From assembly GCA_030141605.1 (NCBI GenBank), contig JAQGDQ010000108.1, positions 551,739 to 615,738 on the forward strand: DNA of 64,000 bases, written 5' to 3'. A program made the position numbers and the translations under genes. The notes under the pieces were generated by a model. It searched no databases and was not told the DNA's origin. It saw nothing but the letters and a program-made list of their open reading frames with translations. The stretch is from Tubiluchus corallicola (taxonomy: Eukaryota; Animalia; Priapulida). Positions 16,501 to 28,800 of the stretch are shown here, piece by piece (the stretch's first letter is position 1; each line of letters begins with the position of its first letter).

Positions 16501-19500
16501 TTAGGGCCAACGCAGCATTACAGGAAAAATTTTAACGCTGTCGAAGAGCCAGCAGTTTTCGGAATTGGTTCTTTCTCTCTGATAAGCAAAGTTTTGCAAA
16601 TCAACAGTCACCATCACGGCTTCTCGAATCCGTAAAAACCTTGTGAAATCCAACTTATTAGATGGTGACTAGCTGCAATAGCTGCAGTCCAAATTAAGCA
16701 AGTGTGATAATTAAAGCAAAAGAAAACACTCTTCACAAACAAGGTTAAACAAATTCCTCTTGAAATTTTCTATCACTTACATGCTGTCGTATTGCATTAG
16801 CAGCAACCCCGTATAAAACCTTGTAAATTTAAACTCCCGCGATGACAGTTAGGCGCAGCCATTCCAAATGTGAGCAGTTTAAAACAAGTTTAGATAACAT
16901 TGCGCAAAGTTTGAAAAAATTACCTTATCTTGACAATAAGATCAATAATGTGGTTTTTGGTGAATCACTGGTCACACTGGGATGGCGAAGCAATGCCGTT
17001 TTACCATACTTTAAAGATTTTAAATCATTAATCATTTTTTCCATAAGTTTTAAACAGGTAAGTGTAATGCTAAGTAATATTACTTTGTATAAAAAGTTTT
17101 TTGAAATATACTGCAAAATTGCCTTTCTTTCCTTTTAAGCATATAAGCATGTATATGGATTCGTGATTTTATGAATTAAACTTTTTTATTCAAATTAAGC
17201 CCACGGGTTATTTGAAGATCACAGCGAGGAAAACTAAAAAGTCGATATTTGCACCCCACTTTGTTAGTAAGGGCGCTGAACTTTATGCCATCCTTTAGTT
17301 ATTTGTAGTAGGACACATCACTCCTTCTGGCAACACAAATGGTTTGCGAGTGTAAAATATCTCATATATGTACACTGTATACGTAAAACATCAGTCATTT
17401 TCCAGGACTGCACTTGAGTGGAGAAATGCCTGGCATAGTGAGCGGCATCAACAATGTCATGGCAACATTATATCTCATGTAATGACAGCCTGCACCTACG
17501 ACATCTACCGGTTAAATCCATACCACAAGAGGAATGATATCGAATCTCGGGATAAGGTCCAACTAGCACAAATTACGTTAGACATTGACAAGAAAGGTAT
17601 TACAGGTCATATGTTTTGAATAACTGTTGTAAGCTGACGGTTTCAGTTTAAAAGAACATCACGTCCAAAAAACAGAAATAGTTTTAAATGTAGTTTCTCA
17701 AACCTATGCAGTAACTTTGAGTTTTTATTGACAAAATTTTTGTGACTTTGCTGAAGTTGCTCCCAAATTGGTAATATATGGGAACAGTGCACTTTGAAAT
17801 GTATAACGTTTTGTGGGTGGTTAAATGGCGTGCCTAAAAGTCCTATCATACACAGATTCCTGCAAAATTGTCAGCAGCATTAACGTCCAGCAATTTTTTA
17901 TTATGACCACAACAACAACAACGACGACGACGACGACAACGCGTGACGGAAATGACTACTTTCCTTGGAATGGGATGTCTTTCTCATCGGGTGGCTATTG
18001 GCACATTTAGGGGCGAGTTCAGGTGTATAACTTTAGGTATCTCCAAAAGCTCCGTCGTATTTAAAAACGACTAATCATTCGTGATATTTTTCTGCTCTAT
18101 ATAGTGGTCTGAAAGGTCCAGAAAGCTCTGAAAACAAATTATAGTTAACATCGTCGTTGTTCTTAATTCATTAGATAATTAATCACCATAATGAACAGTT
18201 TTTTGTCCCTTTAACAATTTCAAGCGTTTATCATCGTGACGTAAATTTGTCAAATTGCTCCATAACTTTCGCACACAAGAGCGTTCCTAGATTGAAACAC
18301 AACTCGTAAATAATTACGAAATTCTAACATTTAGAATTTCAGACACAGTATGGTTTGCTTTATTAGCGAAACCTATAAAAGTTTACCGTAATGCTCATTT
18401 GCTTTTCAAGCTAACCGCAAGTCTTCTGTGACGACTATTTGTCCTGCAAATTAAAATTAATTTAGAAATTTATATCGAAATTAAAATTAGCTGAATAATG
18501 GACTTTTATTAATGATGAGCCGTAATATCCGCAGCAGCCAACAATAAATTAGAACTTTAAATTCATATGAAGGTGTCAGTTTGTCAGTCCAACGCTGGCG
18601 AAGGGCTTGCTAGAGCTGGTCTCCATCAGTGTAAACAAAATGTCTCCACGAAAAGACAATGTTGCTACATTGTTGTTGCTAAAATGTTATCACAAAAATA
18701 TTTAATCAAATTAAACGACATTTCTCATCCTGTACTAACATTATCATGCATTTAAAAAGGACAAGACAAGGCACCACTCGCAACAGAGGGTAGTAGCTTT
18801 GGATTACACATAAGTTTTTCAATTATTTGTATGTGTTATACTGCCCGTGTTACACACAGGTGTGAGTACTGTATTAACAGGTTTGAAGTAATAAATATTA
18901 TTCCAGAATAAAACGCACCCACAAATTTTCTCGGGTATTGGGTCTCGCGACATCGACCTTTCATCTTGAGACCCCAAAATCGATGAAGTTCTTCCTCTAT
19001 TCAAAATTGTTAAAAATTGAAAGCTTTTTGTCAATTATTTGGGCAAAAAATGCCTCCACAAGATTATTCAAGTATTGGCTCCAGTGACGCTGACCCGAAC
19101 AGCGACAACTTGGGACACCAAACTCGATGAAATTTTCCTCTATTTTGATGGGTGACCTATATGTTAAAGGAAAAAACCTTACGTCGAAAGTTTGACTTGA
19201 AACTTGTCCACAAAACAAATAACGGAATTATGGATGACCAGACAGATGCACAAACAGAGGTGTTACTATACCTCGTTTCGTAACTTCGACGTCAGAGAAC
19301 AAAAGTTAGTGAATTAATTTTGCAGCTCGTACGCTGTACTAAACAAAAGAACAGGGACAAAGTAACCCCTTGCAAACGTTGTACCATGTAACCCTTGCAA
19401 ACATTGTACCATAACACACCTTATTTTGTACTGAAACTTTCAGTGGAAATAACCACACGTAAAGAAACCATTCCGAAAATGGACAGGCCAACCCTAAGTC

Positions 19501-19897
19501 ACGTGCCAAGTAATACGTCACAGAATATGAAGCCTGAACAGAAACAAAAGAGAAAGAGGTTGATATCTGTACCAACATGATAATAAAAACCTGCAGTTTT
19601 CATAGCGGACTTTCCACTTTCGACAAAATTATTAAAATGGTTTTCAATAATTACAGTAGCACAGAAGTAGCGAATGTTTTCTTTGCAGACATTATAGAAG
19701 AAATAGATCTGCAAAAAGCCAACAGCTTCTTCAAACCATTATCGGAATCAGTGACTAACAGATTCAAACGAGGTTTTCGGAGATCAGGTGGAAGGGCAAA
19801 CATTCTCAGCGAATGTTGTTACAAGTCTCACGGCTGTACGTGGGAGGAATATGCCGAATATTGTCCCTCTCATAAACGTGTTCGAAGTAATGGATAA
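13546..19897 (+). CDS. Ilp7: Insulin-like peptide precursor of the dILP7 / invertebrate 'relaxin' type, 3 coding exons, 173 aa
   Basis: Exon 13546-13667 carries the signal peptide MVSQKYFYVFQLVVLCFLVCWSSG (donor ag|GTAGGC, phase 2). Exon 17406-17596 carries the B chain RTALEWRNAWHSERHQQCHGNIISHVMTACTYDIYRL..KR (phase 1). Exon 19689-19897 carries RFKR..RR and the A chain NILSECCYKSHGCTWEEYAEYCPSHKR. Six canonical Cys; the W..AWH.ERH..C, AC..DIYR and GC.WEEYAEYCP signatures are typical of dILP7 orthologues. Confidence 0.93.
14798..14918. mobile_element. About 120-bp palindromic MITE (Harbinger-like termini)
   Basis: GGCGCGTACAAACATAAAGATTTCTTTCGCAACTTGTTG versus reverse complement of the right end GGTGCGTTCAGACGTAGAGACCTTCTCGCAACTTGTTG; inner hairpin GCAACTTCTCTC-A-GAGAGAAGTTGC. 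Confidence 0.75.
16718..17135 (+). mobile_element. Dispersed repeat, copy 1 (non-autonomous element)
   Basis: Colinear similarity to 30612-31070; shared blocks AAGAAAACACTCTTCA, TAAATTTAAACTC..GCGATGAC..TTAGGCGCAGCCATT and AAACAGGTAAGTGTAATGCTAAGT. Confidence 0.8.
18930..19305 (-). mobile_element. Possible DINE-1/Helentron-associated non-autonomous element
   Basis: Minus strand begins TTTGTTCTC...GAGGTATAGTAACACC followed by a degenerate (CTGT/GTCC)-like tract, as in DINE/HINE-type elements; pattern recognition only. Confidence 0.35.
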
Positions 19898-20689
19898 AAC
19901 TACGTAGACATCATTTTAATTAGAACACTTTCAAGCTTTATTAACTAAAGAATTGTCGACAAGTTGAAAAAAATGGTTTGCTCAATAATTTATTACTGGT
20001 AATGGATTAATAATTTATTTTAGCAAATATACATGAGTTGCGGCCAGGTAACATAATGAATGTGTAGCTTTATCTACTAGCTTAACCTTTTTGAAGTGTT
20101 TTTAAATTAAAAAAATATTGAAATAGTAGATCAAACCATTACACATTCGTTCAGTAATTTACGTATTTATTTACAATTTTTAAACCGGTAATACATTATT
20201 CAATTTATTTCGTTATGGCATACATACTAAAACTACTCTGATGATACGTGAAAATGATACTTTTTTGTGTAAAATGATATAAAACAGTGGCGCGTGATAA
20301 ACGACATAAAATGTTAAATAAATATTCTAATTATCCAAACTTAGCTGCTAATAATTGCTTTGTACTTCTAAAACATTACTGCTTGACAATATTCTATTGC
20401 TACACATGCTTGAAATGCATTCTGGGGCATGTGAAATGGATATTTTTGTTTACATTTCAAAGCTCCCTGACAACCAAACGAAATTTTCGTTTTTACAATG
20501 GACCCAAACAGAATTCATTCAGAAGCTTGTGAAAACAGTATTTGAATGATGAGTGTAGCCTTAATTTTGTTACCAATCTTAATCGATGTGATGTTGGGTT
20601 ACGTGCTCTGAAGCCCTTTTCCAGCCCAACCTATTTGCGTCATTCCTATTATGCTGTAGCCCTCTAATTCTTAGTATTTAAAACTTACA

Positions 20690-21120
20690 GTGACTGTTTG
20701 TGCAGTACATGGAATCAAACAAAACTTACTAAACCATACGTAGATGAAAAAAGTCAGGGCAATGGTCGAACCTCTTCACCGGATGCACGTCACTTAAGTG
20801 GCGAAAGACGAACATCTAGAATATACAAACAGAATTTACTTCAAAGAAAGCATGGCATTTCCCTTGAGGCAGAGGTGAAAATCTATACAGCTCTTATGCA
20901 ACAGTACGTTTCAAAGGCGCATGTTGACTCTTTGATTTCAGTTCATATTTGCTGTGTTAATGTGTCTTGGTGTGTATATATATCAGACACCCTTGCATCT
21001 TTGATTTTTCGGAAACGTCTTTCACGCCATCTCTCGGGTATTCGAGTAAATAGAAGTAGAAAGCTGGGATGCTGAGGAAGATGGAAATGTGGAGCCACAC
21101 CACTAATGCAGGTGACTCAC
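20690..21120 (+). mobile_element. Fossil 3' fragment of an RTE-clade LINE
   Basis: Translation LLQRKHGISLEAEVKIY...HVDSLISVHICCVNVSW..YISDT...FRKRLSRHL resembles the RTE ORF C-terminus (RHGI.L.TK.KVY...H...L..FH..CL...ISW.D.I.DT...FKD.LKR.L). Confidence 0.55.
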
Positions 21121-22828
21121 AGAGCTCGAAAATTTTCTGCAAGATTGTACATTTTCGGAATTACAACTTAATCCTATGAAATGGATGCATTCCCAAAGGG
21201 CTAACTTTATACTTTCATCAAAAGAACGCCAGTAGTCTACTGTGTATCTTAACTTAATACAAAACCTAATTTATGTTTTTCGTTTTCCAAACACAAAATG
21301 TGCGGCTATAATTTTCAGTTTAATTATTATGCAACATCTTCTTCATGTAACACTTCATTTTGTCGCCAGGGTACATACTGTCAGAGATTTTGCACCATGA
21401 GTGGTTTTACCTGACTAGTCATATGTATTTTAATAGATGGCAAATACAAATTTTGAGATAAAAAGCAAAAACCATTTTTATCTCGTTTCAATGAAAGAAA
21501 GACCTTGCCAGTTAGAACTCAATTTGGATTGAGTTAAATGTCACATCATTTTGAACAAAATGCCGGCATTGTTTTTTCCTCTGAAATAATCAGTTACTAA
21601 TCTATAAATAGCTGACGTTTCTATATAGCCCTACTTGTAGAATGAAAAAAGCTTCCTATCGTTGCTCTCAGTACTTATGTAGAACCTAAAAAATCTGCTA
21701 AAAGTCTTCGTACAAGGTGTATTTTGTTTAGGAATATTAAATTATTGGCGGCAATTTTGACCTTATTTTATCTTGATTAAATACATACTAAAATGATTTT
21801 TTAAAATACCTTCTAGTTCAAGCAGTCACCACTCAGCTCTCAAATTCAGTGCTTATGAATTTTACAGATTATAATATGTATATAATCTACATTTTCACAG
21901 CCAGATGAAGTTTCTCAAGGGGTTAAACCGCAGCTTAATGAATCATAAATGGAAAGAAAAGCAGAAGACTGAGGCACTTGGATTTACAGACCTGTACAAG
22001 TGCTTTCACTGAAATCTGCAATTTTTCTGCTTGTTGCTCAGCTTGTGGTCTCAAAGGCGACTCCAAACTTTTTCCAGAAATTTTATTTATTAATCGTGAA
22101 GCTACGCTTTGTGAACAATGTGATAATGTTTACTTATCAAAAAATGAACATTTTAATTTAACCTTCAGGTGAAAATATTTTGTAGCAGTCATTTCTTTTC
22201 AGTAAAAAAAGTATGTGGACTGACTACGGCCCTATGTCTTCCTACAGTTAAAGGCCCATAGATGTAAATGATGCACTGGCAAAAGAAAAAAAATATGAAA
22301 AGTCAAAATGCATTTTTTAATATTACAACATTTTATTTAAATCAAGTCACAACAAAAGTAGCTTAGGACACAAGATCGGCTGACGCGAGACTTCTCCACT
22401 AAATCTGTGTGCGGATGCATGCAACCACCATACTACATAGATCATATAACAAAATGAACAACAACGCATTTTTTTCTGCAGTCCTGTGATGCAAGGTATG
22501 CTTGATTTTCTCGTTCATTCATTTTGCCTTATTCGACCTAGATACTAAAGTAATTACGTCTGCTTGTATGTACCTCTGAATTAGCTTATGAAGATTCATG
22601 AGCTTTATATTCCTACGTCTTTCCTTGGTCCTTGTAGCTTTTATTATTATTATTATTATTATTCTGGTGAGTTCAATGTCTCTTCAAAACTGTTTATTGA
22701 CGAGAAATCTCTTTACCGCAGTTGCTTTCATCATTCGCATGATTAGACTGGTTGTAATCTGGTTCATCGTTGCTTTTCAAGTTGTATAACAATATCAAGG
22801 ATATTAAAAGCCTGTCACTTCGTAACGA

Positions 22829-25800
22829 TCACTTCTTGTCCTTTTGGCCGCCAGATGACGCTGCCAGACGCGCGTCTTCTGCTTCTTTTAGCTGCTGCTT
22901 CAGCTTCATAATTTCTAATTCTTTCTAAAAACAAACAAAAATAAACAAAACAACTAAAAACAAATGAACTAACACAAACAGTAGAAGCACCTTTTCATAG
23001 AAAACTTGTTTTGTCAGAACAATCTTAATTAATAATCTGTAATAATCATCAATTTCGGGTTGTACAGACCAAGTTTTATGTTCAGGATGTGTAATCGGTT
23101 CACTATCAGATCAACAATAATTGTCGGTGGAAGACTAATCATTCTTTTTAGTTTGTATGTTTATTTATACAAACTGCTTGTCACAGCATAAAAAGTCTGG
23201 TTGACAACCGAATAACTAGACTTAAAATTAAAAAGAGGCATTACAGGCCCATAAGAGAGTAAAATTTCAACATGTTTTCTTAGGGCAGGAATCGAATGCT
23301 GAAATATGTAGCAATCTTCGTGAAACTTTTAACTTCAGAAACCATCTCTTACGTCAGTCTGTACAATAAGAGCCTATAATCCCAATAAAGAGCTTTGAAT
23401 CCCAATGGAAAGAATTCACACTGAAGAGACTGCACAATACAGCCTACTGAAGATAAACTGCAGCCCACACAAGCATTAAAAGCGTTAATGCACTTCAAAA
23501 TTAGTCACAATCATTGGGACACAAAAAACATCCTTTGAGTTACACACTAATCCTATTAATCGTTGTAAAATGCTAAAAATGCAAAGTAAAAAAACGTTCT
23601 TACAGTTACTATCACTTTCTGAAGTCTAGCGAGCTGAGCTTCGTATTCAGCAGCATTTGATGGTTGATCACCCTGCGCCAAAATGGAGCCACCAGCGTAA
23701 GAAATCTGCGTATTTGGGGCTGCGGTAGAGCTGCGAATGTCCACGATGTTATGTCTCAGCTGATACATCTAAAACCATAATTCATTGCTATGCAGTTATA
23801 TTAACAGGGTTTTTACATTCTGCTTACCAGTACCGCTTCTATCATTAAAAAAAGAAATGAATATGGATAACATTTTACTGTGGCAGTCAATAAGATCAAC
23901 AAGATCAAAATATTTAGGGTCTAAAGATGCGGCTCGTTATCATAGCCACAACAGTTTGAAAAATGAAATTTTTAACAGTGATTTTATCTTCTTATCACTG
24001 GTCTGAGTACTGGATAAATCAGCCGTACACATGCATAAATTAATTTTGTATCTTTGTACACGTATTTGCGGAATTCTTTAATCCGTAAATCTTTTTGTTG
24101 TAGTAGTATTTTATGTATGTGTGACGTAGTGGTTTCTATTGTAAATATGTAGCAGTTTTTATTGTATATGTGTGTTGAAATGGGCTTTTTACCCGGAATA
24201 AAATTCGTCTTATATTATTTTGCCTTGCCTTGCCTTAGCTTAGCTTAGCTTAAAATCTATATGTTTTTAGATAATGCGTTCGTCAAAGCAATTACTCCTA
24301 CCAATATATTCGAATGAAAACTTTAAGCGAGGAAATACGAAAACACTAAAAGTTTTAGCTCCTATAACAGTTGCATGTTAGCGTAGATTCCTTTTTTGCG
24401 TAGAGTATAAGCTGAATAACCCAAGTTTCACTTTCGTTTTGGCAGGCATTTCTACATTGTTAATTATTACTCTAGTCCTTTTACTTTACTTTAATTATAA
24501 TCTAATTACTTTAATTATCAAGTAATAATCAGTATATAATCATAAAAACATAAATAAATTTAATAAAATTAAAGAAAAGACACGCTTGTGTTAAAACACT
24601 AGACTAAACTGAATATAGATGTGATGGACCGATATCATAGAACATGATTAATGTATGAAATCATTGAAATGCACAACATGAATAAGTGAATATCTTTTTT
24701 TATTCTACCAATAACAACTAACAAACTTTTCTCAAGTACAGCATTGCAGTCACTCTACTACAATTTCAGATAATCCAAAAATCATATTAGATTATTATGA
24801 GCTATAACCTAGTAGGAAATCCTCCGCCGATTGCGATAGTCTCACCAGTTATATAACTTGCATCCTTTGTGCAAAGAAAAGACGCCATTCCTGCCACTTC
24901 CTCGGGTTGTCCCAAACGTCTCATTGGACATCGATCGATGCACCTAGCTGCTACATTAACGGCTGTCTCTGGAGCATTTGCTTTACCTTGATAATCGGCC
25001 ACTGCTGGAGTTTCGATCATTCCTGGCGCAATTGCATTTACACGTATACCTTTTTCGGCACATTGAGGCGCCATGGCTTGCACCAAACCCAAGATGGCCG
25101 TCTTTGTCACCGAATATAAGCCCACTCCCGGCACTTATGTATACTGCCTATGTAATTTCGTTTTTTAGAAGATCCAATACGATTATAATAGACTCAAAAT
25201 AGCCCCACCCTATCTGATTTCTTTGATTACTTGTATTTAGCGGCGTAATTATTATACACAGCTTAAATGAATGTGGACATTGTCCATGTCAATGAAATCA
25301 GTTGTGTATGGAAAGTTCAAAATTATTTTCCAGGTCAGTCATTTATTGTAATTCTTAAAACTATATGTTTTTAGATAATGTGTTCGTCAAAGCAATTACA
25401 CCTACTAATATATTTGAATGAAAATTTTAAGCGAGGAAATACGAAAACACTACAAGTTGCATGCTTTGCGTAGAGTATAAGCAGAATAACCTAAGTTTCA
25501 CTTTCGTTTTGGCAGGCATTTCTACATTGTTAATTATTACTCTAGTCCTTTTACTTTACTTTAATTATAATCTAATTACTTTAATTATCAAGTGATAATC
25601 AGTATATAATCATAAAAATATAAATAAATTTAATAAAATTAAATAAAAGACACGCTTGTGTTAAAACACTAGACTAAACTGAATATAGATGTGATGGACC
25701 GATATCATAGAACATGATTAATGTATGAAATCATTAAAATGCACAACATGAGTAAGTGAATATCTTTTTTATTCTACCAATAACAACTAACAAACTTTTC

Positions 25801-28800
25801 TCAAGTACAGCACGGCAGCTACTCTACTACAAATTCAGATAATCCAAAAATCATATTAGATTATTATGAGCTATAACCTAGTAGGAAATCCTCCGCAGAT
25901 TGCGATAGTCTCACCAGTTATATAACTTGCATCCTTTGTGCAAAGAAAAGACGCCATTCCTGCCACTTCCTCATTGGACATCGATCGATGTACCTAGCTG
26001 CTACATTAACGCCTGTTTCTGGAGCATTTGCTTTACCTTGATAATCGGCCACTAGTGGAGTTTCGATCATTCCTGGCGCAATTGCATTTACTCGTATACC
26101 TTTTTCGGCACATTGAGGCGCCATGGCTTGCACCAAACCCAAGATGGCCGTCTTTGTCACCGAATACAAGCCCACTCCCGGCGCCATTTCGTTACCACCG
26201 CATGCATGATAACCAGCAATAGACGTAATGAAAATTATGGAACCGCCTCCCCTAGTTTCCATACTAGCAGCAGCAGCTTTTGCAATGAAAAATCCAGACT
26301 TCAAGTTAAATGTCATCATGACATCCCAACCTTCCTCTGTCACGTCCATCATTGGGCCATATCCACCTTCCAGAATAAGACCTCCAGCATTCGAAATAAA
26401 AATGTCAATTCCTCCGTATGTTGCTATCGTGTGATCGATTAGTGATTTCCTATCACTTTCATTCAAAACATCACACACAGTTCCACTCACTGTCAATCCT
26501 TCGGCTTTCAGCGTTGTTACAGCTTTATCAACATTTTCCTGAGATCTACTACAAATCACAACACTAGCCCCGTCTTGACCCAAACGCCTTGCAATGCTGT
26601 ATCCAATCCCATAGGTTGATCCGGTGACAATAGCAACTTTTCCTTCATGAGGTTTTTCACTTGAAAACGTTGCCATTTTAGTACAACACAACCTTATTCT
26701 GGATCGATCGAACTTTTACCTATCAGTAAATAACGAGCCAGATAGGACTACTGTGTGTAAACTTGATAAAAATCCTTGCAAATTAAACCGTATCTATGTC
26801 TCGGTTGCTCATAAAATGATCAATCGCAGTCCAATCTGCATTCAACTGAGCACACGCCAAGTTTGGATTTGACAAATTTGAATTGAACAATTTATGTTTA
26901 GTACTGTCTTAGCATAAAGTGCAGTGTACGTACAAAGCTAAGGCAAATTGATTCAAATAACCTTTGACAAAAAATTTTCGGATTGCAGATTCTTTCGGAT
27001 CACAAGCTGACAGGTTGTTTGGAAATTTGCTGTGTCAAGTAAAGAACTTCTAATTTAAAACAATATTTTCTGAAAGCCTTAATAGAATTCAATATGCAGA
27101 GAAACGGAGATTTTAAATAAAATGAATGAAAGGCAGAAATACAGAAAAGAAAGTCCACGTGGTTCAAAGTCTTGATCACAGTCTAGTAGGAAAACCGCCA
27201 TGAATACAAATTGTTTCACCAGTTATGTAGCTAGCATCATTTGAACAGAGAAATGACACCATTCCCGATACTTCCTCAGGCTGTCCAAAGCGTCTCATAG
27301 GGCAGCGATTCAAGTAGGCAGCTGTAGCTTCAGGCATGTTTTTAAGATAACTGACCAGTGGTGTTTCGATCAATCCAGGTGCCACTGCATTTACGCGTAT
27401 TCCTTTTTCTGCGCACTGTGGCGCCATGGCTTGAACTAAACCCAGAATGGCAGTCTTCGTCACTGAGTACAAGCCAGATCCAGGTACCAGTTCACATCCA
27501 GCACATGCTTTGTATCCCCAAATTGATGAATTGAAGATTATGTTACCACCACCTCTGCTCTCCATACTAGCAGCAGCTAATTTGGCTATGAAGAATCCCG
27601 CTTTCAAGTTAAATTTCATCATGGCATCCCAGCCTTCCTCAGTGACGTCCATCATAGGACCTACTATCCCACCAAGTTTTTCAAGAGTACGTCCACCTCC
27701 TGTGTTTGAGACAAAAATGTCCACTCCACCAAAAGTTTCTATTGTCTGATCAATTAGTGATTTCCAGTCACTTTCTTTCAAAACATCACACACAGTTCCA
27801 TTCACTATCAGTCCTTCAGCTTTCAACATTTCTACAGCTTTTTCAACATTCTCTTTTGATCTGCTACAAATCATAACACTAGCTCCATCTTGAGCTAAAC
27901 GTCTTGCGATACTGTATCCAATCCCATAAGTTGATCCAGTAACAACAGCAACTTTCCCTTTGTGGGGTTTTTTGCTTGAAAACGTCGCCATTTTAGTACT
28001 GTGCAATATCACGGAGTTGCAATATTCTTGTAAAAGAAAATAAAACGTGGCTGACCCTTTACCTATTAGCAAACAACAAGCCAGACAGGCGTACGATTTG
28101 TATGTTTGATAAAATCGTCTGTATGCTAAAGCTGACCCGAATAATTTTATATTGACATACCTAGACTTTGGCGAAAATCCTTTAACAACTTTCTATCGAC
28201 TTTGAGTAAACATTGTAATGAAATAGTAGGCAAAAACCTTATAGTGCTGCTATCGATTACCTGTCTTATATGCTTGTGAAATTAGTACTATTAGCAATAC
28301 AGACTTAAATATCATAAGTCAGCTAGAAAATACACAAAGTGCAAATGTAAAGCTACTGATGTATTATTAAAATGGGACTATGCCGTCAAATTTCATAATC
28401 GACAGTCAAAGGCACCGACCTTTCCGATCCAGTCCGCCCGTGGTTAAACATTATGAGAGAGCGCGGACATATGCAACTAAAATTGCTCAGCTTTGTCCGT
28501 TTACATCATCCGTTTTTAAATTTTCAAACTAAAACTGGCAAACAAAAATTTCAATCTAAAAACTGACGCGTGTTTCGACGACATCAATCTTTAATTCGTC
28601 AAACTCTGGCAATAACTATAGTTAATCAACAAGGGGTGTCAGTCAAATTATGGTGCCAATATGGGCCTAGCTTCGAATTGAACAAATAAAAAATGAGAAA
28701 TTGGAAAAGAAAGTGTTAAAAGTTTGAATGATAAAATAGCTGCAGCGAAGAATTGAAAGAGGAAGTTACAGCCTGATTTTCAAAGATTTACATGTTGAAG

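Noticed and set aside
21978-22172. Second insulin-like exon (CCSAC)
   Set aside because: Cys spacing does not fit an A chain, and there is no dibasic site or B-chain partner.
22690-22831. Stop-codon readthrough of gene B (about 45 open codons after TGA) and a KDKK ER-retrieval motif
   Set aside because: The context TGA-TCG is not a known leaky one and the length is attainable by chance. The lysines are not at the -3/-4 or -3/-5 positions.
24907-27749. Plus-strand ORFs overlapping the SDR genes; minus-strand ORFs 7372-7922
   Set aside because: They are antisense shadows of real coding sequence.
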